Assembly: GCA_030704615.1 (NCBI GenBank)
Contig: CM060732.1
Coordinates: forward strand, 47,120,001 to 47,184,000
Direction of reading: 5' to 3'
Length of the DNA stretch: 64,000 nt
From: Takakia lepidozioides
Lineage: Eukaryota > Plantae > Bryophyta
The translations under genes were made by a program, and so were the position numbers. Shown here one piece after another: positions 25,841-37,569 of the stretch. Within the stretch, counting starts at the first letter, position 1; each line of letters begins with the position of its first letter. The notes beneath the pieces are model-generated. The model did not search any database. It was not told the origin of the DNA and worked only from the letters and a program-made list of their open reading frames with translations.

Positions 25841-26789
25841 AGTGATTACGATGCAATTCCGTGAAATAATCAACCTCTAAGCAATGAAGGAATAGTTAGC
25901 CCAAATCTTTTATTTAATTAAAATGACCTTCATCATTGCTTGTTCTGCTATTAATTTATTATGGCATGGTGTACTCATGTTGTATTAAATGCTGCTACTT
26001 TATTAAACGTATACAATAAAGTAAAAAAGGTGGCATACGTTGTTGTTATGAACGTTTGCCTGCACGGTGAACGTGCCTCTGTGAAGACATTGAAATGTGA
26101 CAAAGCGAATGCCATGAAAGCCAAACTACAAAGTGAAGACACTGAAATCAGAATACATGATCAGTAAGCGAACGTTGTACAGAAACAAGAATGTATTTGG
26201 GTTGCGCACCAATAAGGCCCCCAGTTTGTGTGAGGTGGGAAGAGTGGACGAATCTGAGGTTCCGCATGCAGATACCCTTACTCAATGTTATAATGTTATA
26301 ATCCTCAAAGGCAATTGAGGGTTTTTGTTTTCCTCCCCTCTAAGTAAAATGTTGAGGGACTCTCTAGCTAAGGAATCAATAGCTAGGAAATATAGGATAC
26401 CCATGAGTTTAGTGGTGGTAGAATGAGATAGCGGCTCATCAAATATGACCTACGCATCAGGTGACTAATTGACCGCTGTCAATTTTGTCTTTGTTGAGGA
26501 TGAGAGCTATAAGTGATCTAATAGGCTACTGAGGAGTTTAATGATGGTAGTATGGGTCTTGGCCCTTGGTATATAAATTTTAGGTTTTGATGTACAATAT
26601 TCTATGACCTAGTAGCATTAGAGTCTCAAGGAACAGCCACGAGAGACCCATAGAATTATCCCAATGAACGCAATGGTATTGCATTCACTATCCATAGTAA
26701 AGCTTGTAAACCGTTCCTCATTGAGCTCTATTGTAGCTTATAGGTTCTTTAATTGCTGGAGTAGTGTGCCCTTGTCCAGGGTTGCACAC

Positions 26790-27260
26790 TGAGATATTTT
26801 TTTAAAACAAAATTGGGATCGCAACAATGGCTTAAATTTCTTTCTTTCTTTTTTTTGGAAAAAAAATCAGGATTCCCAGCCAAATCAGGACCCCAAGCGT
26901 TGGCCTGTCGGTCGTGATTTTAATTTTAATTTTAATTTTAATTTCATAAGATATTTTGGGATCGCGTCAATGGCAGGTCGAATCAATATTACTTGAGACC
27001 GTCATCAACCACAAGCGCTGACTGTCCCAATAATGTTTTTAATTATTTTAGAATAATTCGGGACCGTTACAATGGCAAGCACGACTTTTTTATTTCTTTT
27101 TTAAAATCGGGACTGCCAGCCAATCAAAAGCGCTGCCCTGACAGTCCTATTTTACTAAATATATGTATATATATATTTTAAATTGGGACCACCAATTTTG
27201 GCGATCCCGATTTTATTAAAAATATTTATTTAAAAATAAAAATAAAAATAAAAATATTGA
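26790..27260. repeat. AT-rich degenerate repeats with (T)TGGGAC/TGGGATC cores; probable non-autonomous transposon remnant
   Basis: Repeated aattgggatcgc, ttcgggaccg, atcgggactg and aattgggacacc cores separated by A/T tracts. Confidence 0.45.
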
Positions 27261-28294
27261 TTTCAAGTATGCATCAGTGTTGGCCGGGTATTACATTTCG
27301 GGCATATTGAAGGGTCCGGGTAAGGCATCTTCATTTAAAGTGGTATGGAGGTCAATGGCCCCCCATCTTTTGAAGTTCCACACTCTAAGTACAGTGAGAG
27401 TACCGGATTCTGCCTGTCCACCATGTACACCAGCGGCAAACACGTCGCAGCAAGATGCCATGACAAGAGAAACTTGCAAAAACAAAACTCAATAAGGAAG
27501 AGATTATGAAATCAAGTAGCACGTTTGCCATTGCACAAAACACAAACAAGAAACCTTAATGAAGGGATAAGAGAATTGATTGAAAAGATGTCAAAGCAGG
27601 CGTGACAGAGCAGACATGCATTCTTGCATGGCGGCGAAAACAAGTCACTTGAAAGCATTTCTCTTGGACCCTGCACCTGCATTATCTAGAACGGCCTCTA
27701 CGCCATCCACATTTGCTCCAGATCTCGCTCCGGGTATAACACTCTTACAATCACGACGCCGGGTTCTCTAGTTGGTTAGCAAGCTCGATGGCCTCTGCCA
27801 GTTCCCTTCCATAGCCAGGTCCTTGCGAGCTGCACTTTATGCATAACCGGCAAATAGCCGCTGGGTATGTATGTCCAAATGCCATACTGGTATGAACTCC
27901 TAACATGTCGTCTCAAGTAATTTAGTGATATAAAAGTAAAAACAAAATATTTACCGTACAACTATGCACTTATGTTTTTTATTGCAAAACGACGGTGTCA
28001 AACCTTTTAGAGAATGAAGATGAGGACCCGTAATGATGTGTCTCCCAAAAACATGGTTGCACACTAACGTGACTTCAAGCCGCGTCAAACCCGACATTGA
28101 TTAATATTATTCAAGTTCACTTTATATAAAAATAAGTGTAAGAAATAAGGGACAAATTACATGCCATATATGCTAAAAGCAATTTTTTTTTAAAACCACG
28201 CGGACTCAAAAAGCAACCAAAAAATGGCCAAGTCGGCTAAAAATTACATATTACATAGTAATATTTAATTTTTATTAAATTCCATGTATTCTAT

Positions 28295-28770
28295 ATAGAA
28301 TTAGGACCGTCAGTGCTGGCAGACCTATATATTTCAAATATATTTGAATTAAATTGAGACCGACAATATTGGCGGTCCCGTTAAATTTGTAAAAATATAT
28401 TGATTTAAATTAGGACCGCTAGTGTTGGATCCCAATATATTTAAATAACATTTGAATTAAATTGAAACTGCCGTTGTTGGCAGTCTTGATATATTTAAAA
28501 ATAATATTAACTTAATTGGGACCGTCAGAGCTGGTGGTTTCGTTATACTTCTCAAATTTATTAAATTCAATTAAGACTGCTATTGCTGACAGTTCTGATG
28601 TATTTTAAAAAATAATAATTTAAACTGAAACCACGAGTGCTGTCAGTCTCAATATATTTATAAATAATATATTTTAAAAATATATTAATTTAAATTGGGA
28701 CCGGCAGTGCTGGTGGTCCTATATTTTTTTTTGAGAAAGTTTAAATAAATTTGGGACCGCTAGTGCCATT
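28295..28770. repeat. Degenerate ~55-60-bp tandem array with palindromic core GGGACCGCCAGTGCTGGCGGTCC
   Basis: About 10 units of aatt(g/a)ggacc..agtgctgg..gtc separated by AT-rich linkers. Confidence 0.7.
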
Positions 28771-29452
28771 CAACAATGTATTAAGGCCTGCATTTCGATT
28801 ATAGATAAACGAATAACGCATATTTAAGAATAGATTAGTCTTGGAAGACCATTACAATTATTGAAAGAAAGTAAAAAAGTTGTGGCATCATGTCTGTATG
28901 TGACTTTTTAGAGTCCACGAGTTGTCATAATACATTAAAGGTGTGAAAATACGACAAGGTGTGACCACCAAGTTTATAAAGAAATGTAGGATGTCAATGA
29001 AACAAAAAAAAACATGGGACATGAAGTTGTATATCACAAACGGACTTTGATCTTTATTTTCTCACATGCAATCAAAACACACTATATAATTGCTGATATA
29101 AAATGAATGGCATTTTTTGTCCTCACACATTGTACATGATATACAAATGTTTCTTACAATCTCACTGAATGACTCAGTGTTGTCTTCCTCAGCACAAACG
29201 CTACCGTCGTCCAATTGGATGCACATGAAATTGTAGATTTGGTCCAATTCATAAGGTAAGAATGGAGGGTGATGTGTGATTTCCTACTAGTTGGCTTTTA
29301 TCGTGAAAAAAATCCAAAGAACCAAATGCAGAACTTACCATAGTTCAGTTTGAGAGCAAGGCAATGACTGACTGTAGTACGATTCTCACACTATGGAGTT
29401 ATCAAAGATGTGCCACAGAAAACGGTCAAATATAGTTTGATATAATTTGAAC

Positions 29453-30451
29453 GAGATTAGTTGATAACCCTAATGTGAGTCAACTCTATTTGGGCACGCT
29501 ATTTATCTGTGGAGGGATTCAAGTGCATGGCAACAGAATCCTTAAACAGCTCTTTTGATTGAATGTGTAGATCTTGAGAATATGGCAAGAATAATGGATA
29601 CTAATGATACAGCAAAAGATGTGCCATAGAAAGCGATCTTGAACATAGTTTGGTATAGTTTGAACAACTAAAAAATATAGTTTGATACAATCTCAATTTC
29701 TAATATTGTTCTTGGCTCCCGCCAAGGTGCAACTGCGGTGGCGATATGCACGGAAGAAGAAAAATAGCCCAATGGTGTGGCTGATCTGACTACAGTATGC
29801 AAAGGTAGATTTTTGTGTAGCCTTTAGCTCCGAACCTCTTATGCTGAGTGTAACAATTGTAATATCTGCATTCCTTGTAAACATCTTTTTGTTTTATTTA
29901 CATGCGAAAAAAGGAGTGAACATATGTGTATCCAAAAAATGAATACCTATGATGATATTCATGGTTCTAAGTTCTGTAGCATTTTATAAGCTCAGTCCAA
30001 ATTGAGGTCAGAGAAGGGATGGGCGAAGACATGCTTGATGCTTTGAGCTTTATGCGCTGAGAAGAGATGTTGAAGCTGTGAGCAAGAAAATGACCAATTG
30101 AGGGACTTTTGAGAGAGGACGAGGGATGAAAATCACCTATTGATTGCATTGTTGGAGAGGACGAGGGAGGAAAATGGCCAATTGAGGGACTTCTGGGAGA
30201 GGGCGAGGGAGGAAAATCGCCAATTGAGGGACTTATGACAGAAAGCTTCACGTATTGTCCACCCATTCCATCAGATTTCATAACCCTCATAATCCCTTGG
30301 ACTACCAGCAGTTAGTATCCATTATTCTTGCCATATTCTCAAGATCTAACACATTCAATCAAAAGAGCTGTTTAAGGATTCTGTTGCCGTGCATAGATAC
30401 ATAGCATGCCCAAATAGAGTTAGACTCACATTAGGGTTATCAACTAATCTC
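29453..30451. repeat. ~150-bp inverted repeat pair (29453-29604 / 30312-30451) around a ~700-bp spacer
   Basis: gagattagttgataaccctaatgtgagtc...gaataatggatactaa is the reverse complement of ttagtatccattattc...ttagggttatcaactaatctc, apart from one internal indel. The spacer holds 3-4 copies of a ~40-bp repeat at 30085-30235. Confidence 0.85.
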
Positions 30452-31397
30452 ATGCGCAAAGCATAAGCCTATATATTAAAAATCCTATCAAGTGTTGAAG
30501 TATACTGTCTAGTAAATTAGCTGAAGTACAATCAAATGGTGTAAAAAATGTCAGCATGTGTATAATGTGTAATGGTATCTGTTTATGAGTCCGATTACAT
30601 GGGTCTTTCCAATACCCAAACCAGATCCCTGTACATTTGGCCCAGAAATTCGCAAAGACTGCTACTGAATAATATGGATGAAAACATGACCATTTTTTCT
30701 TGGGCAGCATGATAATGTTTTTTTGTTTTGTTTTGTTTTCCCCCTGCATTTCAGGTTTTCCGTCCCTTTCTTTGTTAAAAATATTCATTTAATGTTATAT
30801 ATATATATATCAGTTCTTGTTATTTATACTTCAAAATGCTACTAGTACAAATCAATGAGTCAAGATTGGAAAATAAATAAATAAATAAATAAAATTGTAC
30901 TCATCTCTCAACAACCTCATTAGTTCTTCATTCTTTCAGTTAACTTAGTTGCTCTCTCAAGACCTGTATTGCTGACCAAGGCCATCTAGCGGATATGTTC
31001 TCTTTTCAGCTGATAGGGCCCACCCCTGAAAAGGGGCAGTAGCCTCAAGTTGAAGTGACTCTTAGTTAGCTTCGGCATGAGTCTTTTCACGGTGTGTCAC
31101 CCAATCATCTTGGTGTATCCTTCATGGACCCCCACATGGTTATTTTTCCATGTTTATTAATATGAATTACAGGGGGAAGATAATAAGAATAATGTAAGAA
31201 CTTAATGCAAGCGCGTCAGGACGGTCCAGCCTTGACACCCGTACCGCCGGTTCTTCGCCTCCGGCAAACATCGAAAGGCAGCCGGCTGGGCTCGGTCAAT
31301 CCCTCCCCACCCCCGCCCTCATCCCATCGGCGTCGTCGCCCCCTGCGTCGTCCTTCTGCGACACCAGTCCGCCGCTTCCAGCAGTCCGCCAATTCCC

Positions 31398-34300
31398 TGT
31401 AACCCCCGCCCCGGGTTCAACCATCACCCCCATGTAACCCTCTGTAACTCCGCCGAGTGTAACCCACATTACCATGTAACCCTTTGTAACCCATATAACC
31501 CCATGACCCTCTGTAACCCATGTAACCCTCTATAACACCGCAGAGTGTCACCCCCACCCCTATGTAACCCTCACTACATGTAACCCTCTGTAACCCATGT
31601 AACCCTCTATAACACCGCAGAGTGTCACCCCCACCCCTATGTAACCCTCACTACATGTAACCCTCTGTAACACTTTGCAACCCATGTAACCCTATGTAAC
31701 CCTCTGTAACACCGCAGAGTGTCGCCCTCACCCCTTATGTAACCCTCACTCCATGTAACCCTATGTAACCCTCTGTAACACCGCAGAGTGTCGCCCTCAT
31801 CCCTTATGTAACCCTCACTCCATGTAACCCTCTGTAACCCATGTAACCCTCTGTGACCCTTTGTAACCCTCACCACCATGTAACCCTCTGTAACACCGCA
31901 GAGTCTCACCCTCACCCGTATGTAACCCTCATTCCATGTAACCCTCTCTGACCCTCTGTAACCCTCACTCCATGTAACCCTCTGTGACCTCTATATCCCT
32001 CACCAGGTGTAACCCTTACCTCCATGTAACCCTCTGTTACATAGGTTACAGAGCCACAGAGGGTTTGTGAGGGTTACATGGAGTGAGGGTTACATGGTGG
32101 CGAGGGTGACATTCTGCGGTCTGTAACACCGTAGAGTGTCGTCCTCACCCCTTATGTAACCCTCTGTAACCCATGTAACCCTCTGTGACCCTTTGTAACC
32201 CTCACCACCATGTAACCCTCTGTAACACCGCAGAGTGTCACCCTCACCCCTATGTAACCCTCACTCCATGTAACCCTCTCTGACCCTCTATAACCCTCAC
32301 CACCATGTAACCCTCTGTAACCCATGTGACCCTCTATATCCCTCACCAGGTGTAACCCTTACCACCATGTAACCCTCTGTAACACCGCAGAGTGTCACCC
32401 TCGCCACCATGTAACCCTCCGTAACCCTCACAAACCTTTTGTGACACCGCAGAGTGTCGCCCTCACCCCTTATGTAACCCTCACTCCATGTAACCCTCTG
32501 TAACCCATGTAACCCTCTGTGACCCTTTGTAACCCTCACCACCATGTAACCCTCTATAACACCGCAGAGTGTCACCCTCACCCCTATGTAACCCTCATTC
32601 CATGTAACCCTCTCTGACCCTCTGTAACCCATGTAACCCTCTGTGACCCTCTATATCTCTCACCAGGTGTAACCCTTACCACCATGTAACCCTCTGTAAC
32701 ACCGCAGAGTGTCACCCTCGCCACCATGTAACCCTCCGTAACCCACACAAACCCTCTGTGACACCGCAGAGTGTCACCCTCATCCCCATGTAACCCTCAC
32801 TCCATGTAACCCTCTGTGACCCTCCGTGGCTCTGTAACCCATGTAATCCTCTGTAACACCGTAGAGCGTCACCCTCACCCCTTATGTAACACTCACTCCA
32901 TGTAACCCTCTGTAACCCATGTAACCCTCTGTGACCCTTACCCTCTGTAACCCTCACCACCATGTAACCCTCTGTAACCCATGTAACCCTCTGTGACCCT
33001 CTATATCCCTCACCAGGTGTAATCCTTACCACCATGTAACCCTGTGTAACACCGCAGAGTGTCACCCTCGCCACCATGTAACCCTCCGTAACCCTCACAA
33101 ACCCTTTGTGACACCGCAGAGTGTCGCCCTCACCCCTTATGTAACCCTCACTCCATGTAACCCTCTGTAACCCATGTAACCCTCTGTAACCCATGTAACC
33201 CTCTGTGACCCTTTGTAACCCTCACCACCATGTAACCCTCTGTAACCCATGTAACCCTCTATGACCCTTTGTAACCCTCACCACCATGTAACCCTCTGTA
33301 ACACCGCAGAGTGTCACCCTCATCCCTATGTAACCCTCATTCCATGTAACCCTCTCTGACCCTCTGTAACCCTCACCACCATGAAACCCTCTGTAACCCA
33401 TGTAACCCTCTGTGACCCTCTATATCCCTCACCAGGTGTAATCCTTATCACCATGTAACCCTCTGTAACACCGCAGAGTGTCACCCTCGCCACCATGTAA
33501 CCCTCCGTAACCCTCACAAACCCTTTGTGACACCGCAGAGTGTCGCCCTCACCCCTTATGTAACCCTCACTCCATGTAACCCTCTGTAACCCATGTAACC
33601 CTCTGTAACCCATGTAACCCTTTGTGACCCTTTGTAACCCTCACCACCATGTAACCCTCTGTAACCCATGTAACCCTCTGTGACCCTTTGTAACCCTTAC
33701 CACCATGTAACCCTCTGTAACACCGCAGAGTGTCACCCTCACCCCTATGTAACCCTCATTCCATGTAACCCTCTCTCACCCTCTGTAACCCTCACCACCA
33801 TGAAACCCTCTGTAACCCATGTAACCCTCTGTGACCCTCTATATCCCTCACCAGGTGTAATCCTTATCACCATGTAACCCTCTGTAACACCGCAGAGTGT
33901 CACCCTCGCCACCATGTAACCCTCCGTAACCCTCACAAACCCTTTGTGACACCGCAGAGTGTCGCCCTCACCCCTTATGTAACCCTCACTCCATGTAACC
34001 CTCTGTAACCTATGTAACCCTCTGTGACCCTTACTCTCTGTAACCCTCACCACCATGTAACCCTCTGTAACCCATGTAACCCTCTGTGACCCTCTATATC
34101 CCTCACCAAGTGTAATCCTTACCACCATGTAACCCTGTGTAACACCGCAGAGTGTCACCCTCGCCACCATGTAACCCTCCGTAACCCTCACAAACCCTTT
34201 GTGACACCGCAGAGTGTCGCCCTCACCCCTTATGTAACCCTCACTCCATGTAACCCTCTGTAACCCATGTAACCCTCTGTAACCCATGTAACCCTCTGTG

Positions 34301-36248
34301 ACCCTTTGTAACCCTCACCACCATGTAACCCTCTGTAACACCGCAGAGTGTCACCCTCACCCTTGTGTAACCCTCATTCCATGTAACCCTCTCTGACCCT
34401 CTGTAACCCTCACCACCATGAAACCCTCTGTAACCCATGTAACCCTCTGTGACCCTCTATATCCCTCACCAGGTGTAATCCTTATCACCATGTAACCCTC
34501 TGTAACACCGCAGAGTGTCACCCTCGCCACCATGTAACCCTCCGTAACCCTCACAAACCCTTTGTGACACCGCAGAGTGTCGCCCTCACCCCTTATGTAA
34601 CCCTCACTCCATGTAACCCTCTGTAACCCATGTAACCCTCTGTAACCCATGTAACCCTTTGTGACCCTTTGTAACCCTCACCACCATGTAACCCTCTGTA
34701 ACCCATGTAACCCTCTGTGACCCTTTGTAACCCTCACCACCATGTAACCCTCTGTAACACCGCAGAGTGTCACCCTCACCCCTATGTAACCCTCATTCCA
34801 TGTAACCCTCTCTCACCCTCTGTAACCCTCACCACCATGAAACCCTCTGTAACCCATGTAACCCTCTGTGACCCTCTATATCCCTCACCAGGTGTAATCC
34901 TTATCACCATGTAACCCTATGTAACACCGCAGAGTGTCACCCTCGCCACCATGTAACCCTCCGTAACCCTCACAAACCCTTTGTGACACCGCAGAGTGTC
35001 GCCCTCACCCCTTATGTAACCCTCACTCCATGTAACCCTCTGTAACCTATGTAACCCTCTGTGACCCTTACCCTCTGTAACCCTCACCACCATGTAACCC
35101 TCTGTAACCCATGTAACCCTCTGTGACCCTCTATATCCCTCACCAAGTGTAATCCTTACCACCATGTAACCCTGTGTAACACCGCAGAGTGTCACCCTCA
35201 CCACCATGTAACCCTCCGTAACCCTCACAAACCCTTTGTGACACCGCAGAGTGTCGCCCTCACCCCTTATGTAACCCTCACTCCATGTAACCCTCTGTAA
35301 CCCATGTAACCCTCTGTAACCCATGTAACCCTCTGTGACCCTTTGTAACCCTCACCACCATGTAACCCTCTGTAACCCATGTAACCCTCTGTAACCCATG
35401 TAACCCTCTGTGACCCTTTGTAACCCTCACCACCATGTAACCCTCTGTAACACCGCAGAGTGTCACCCTCACCCCTATGTAACCCTCATTCCATGTAACC
35501 CTCTCTCACCCTCTGTAACCCTCACCACCATGTAACCCTCTGTAACCCATGTAACCCTCTGTGACCCTCTATATCCCTCACCAGGTGTAATCCTTACCAC
35601 CATGTAACCCTCTGTAACACCGCAGAGTGTCACCCTCGCCACCATGTAATCCTCCGTAACCCTCACAAACCCTTTGTGACACCGCAGAGTGTCGCCCTCA
35701 CCCCTTATGTAACCCTCACTCCATGTAACCCTCTGTAACCCATGTAACCCTCTGTGACCCTTTGTAACCCTCACCACCATGTAACCCTCTGTAACACCGC
35801 AGAGTGTCACCCTCACCCCTATGTAACCCTCATTCCATGTAACCCTCTCTGACCCTCTGTAACCCTCACCACCATGTAACCCTCTGTAACCCATGTAACC
35901 CTCTGTGACCCTCTATATCCCTCACCAGGTGTAATCCTTACCACCATGTAACCCTATGTAACACCGCAGAGTGTCACCCTCGCCACCATGTAACCCTCCG
36001 TAACCCTCACAAACCCTTTGTGACACCGCAGAGTGTCGCCCTCACCCCTTATGTAACCCTCACTCCATGTAACCCTCTGTAACCCATGTAACCCTCTGTA
36101 ACCCATGTAACCCTCTGTGACCCTTTGTAACCCTCACCACCATGTAACCCTCTGTAACACCGCAGAGTGTCACCCTCACCCCTATGTAACCCTCACTCCA
36201 TGTAACCCTCTCTGACCCTCTGTAACCCTCACCACCATGTAACCCTCA
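31398..36248 (+). repeat. Left subterminal array, ~4.85 kb of TGTAACCC-based higher-order repeats
   Basis: Modules CATGTAACCCTCTGTAACC, ACACCGCAGAGTGTCACCCTC and CACCACCATGTAACCC repeat in higher-order blocks of several hundred bp. Confidence 0.97.
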
Positions 36249-36589
36249 GTATCACCGCCTCGTGTACATCATACACGTGTAAACTATCCGACGGCCGAAT
36301 GGAGGTTTAAATAGAGGCCGAAACCCTAATTTGCTCTCTCCATCCGTTTCCAGATTCTTAGCTCGCTCGTTTTTTTGCTTTGGGGCATCAGCTTTCTGCA
36401 ATTCCCATGGTGCCCAATCGGCTTCACACATCAATGCGAAAGATTTGTAGTTCATTCAGTTCAGTATCGTCATCCCAGCAACATACAAGACAACGCTTTC
36501 CGTGCAACGATCCGTCAAATTTATTACCACGATTTTCTCTACGATTGATACAGTTGTCTCTATTCTTTTTCTTTCTCAATGTCATTCTT

Positions 36590-36760
36590 GTTGTTTTGTC
36601 ACCGTCCCCGATGGCTATGGTATTCCTAAGATCCGCATTAGGAAAGGGTTTTGTTTCTTTCGGTCTAGCCATGCAAGCAGCCGCTCATTTGACGGGGTGC
36701 CCATTCACTCTCCTCTCGTGTATCTTTTGTTCACACACCAGCCGGGGCAGCCTACTCATC
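36590..36760 (-). pseudogene. Inverted, decayed paralogous fragment of the zinc-knuckle exon of the cargo gene
   Basis: Minus strand reads ERRVNGHPVK*AAACMARPKETKPFPNADLRNTIAI, against KSRLNRHIVDGTAACMARPKGTKPFPDAELKHAMAV at 37780-37890. Confidence 0.8.
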
Positions 36761-37569
36761 GCTATTATGGATGCAATACGTATCGAATCATGCGTGTTTT
36801 GCAAGCACTGTCAACCGGTTACATGTCTGATGGTTTATATGACTACCTCACGTGTGGTATGGTTACACACAGGGGGTTACACGGTGTTTTCTTTCTCAAT
36901 ACATGCTAGCTTGGTAGACGGTTTAGTAATGGAGGTTTAGATGGGTTGACATGTTTGATGGGTTACGTGGATGTTGCGCTCGCGGAGCCACATAGGCTAG
37001 GGTTACATGGGTGGGGCATTACATTGACCATGTTTACCTGGAGGTTGCATACTAATGGTTTGATATGACAGGGTTACATCGATGTTGTGTTCGGGAGTCA
37101 CATAGACTAGGGGTACATGAGGTTGTGACGAAGGGTTACATCATATCTGGGTACCTGACGGAGGGTTACACTCGACGTGCCTGGCATTCGAGTAACGGCC
37201 GGTTTGTCGCGCTCACAAGTGTAGGGTTACGGGTTACACTCCGCTATTCCGGGTGACACCGGGATTGCAACTCATACACGTGTGAGTCAGTGCGGATATA
37301 ATTGATTGCAAGCCGCCAGATTTTAATGAACCGCCGTCTTTCGCTTAACCGACGTGCCTTACGGGTGACATCTAGCTAGCTTCGTTCTTCGTTCTTTGAT
37401 CATTGTTCAGTTTTCCCCTTCTCGCAGCCATTCATATTCTTCCTGCACTCCTTGCTGTGCGTGCTCCCTGTTGTGCGTTCTTCGGAATTCTCTTGGTCTT
37501 GGTCTTTTCTTGTCTTGTCTTTTCTTGCTCTTGCTCTTCTCTTCTCTTCTGTCAGCTTTTTCTTTTGTC

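Noticed and set aside
31205-31402. Twin 65-70-aa ORFs MQARQDGPALTP.. (also 50524-50736)
   Set aside because: They are the two TIR tips read inward, and there is no evidence of coding function.
31637-35894. Many RVT/EGY-rich ORFs in the arrays (also 48655-49931)
   Set aside because: They are by-products of translating a stop-poor tandem repeat and show no domain content.
31398-36248. True telomere or interstitial telomeric repeat
   Set aside because: The unit is not a pure TTTAGGG/TTAGGG run. It is a complex higher-order repeat, mirrored at 48470-50530 and enclosed by TIR tips and a TSD.
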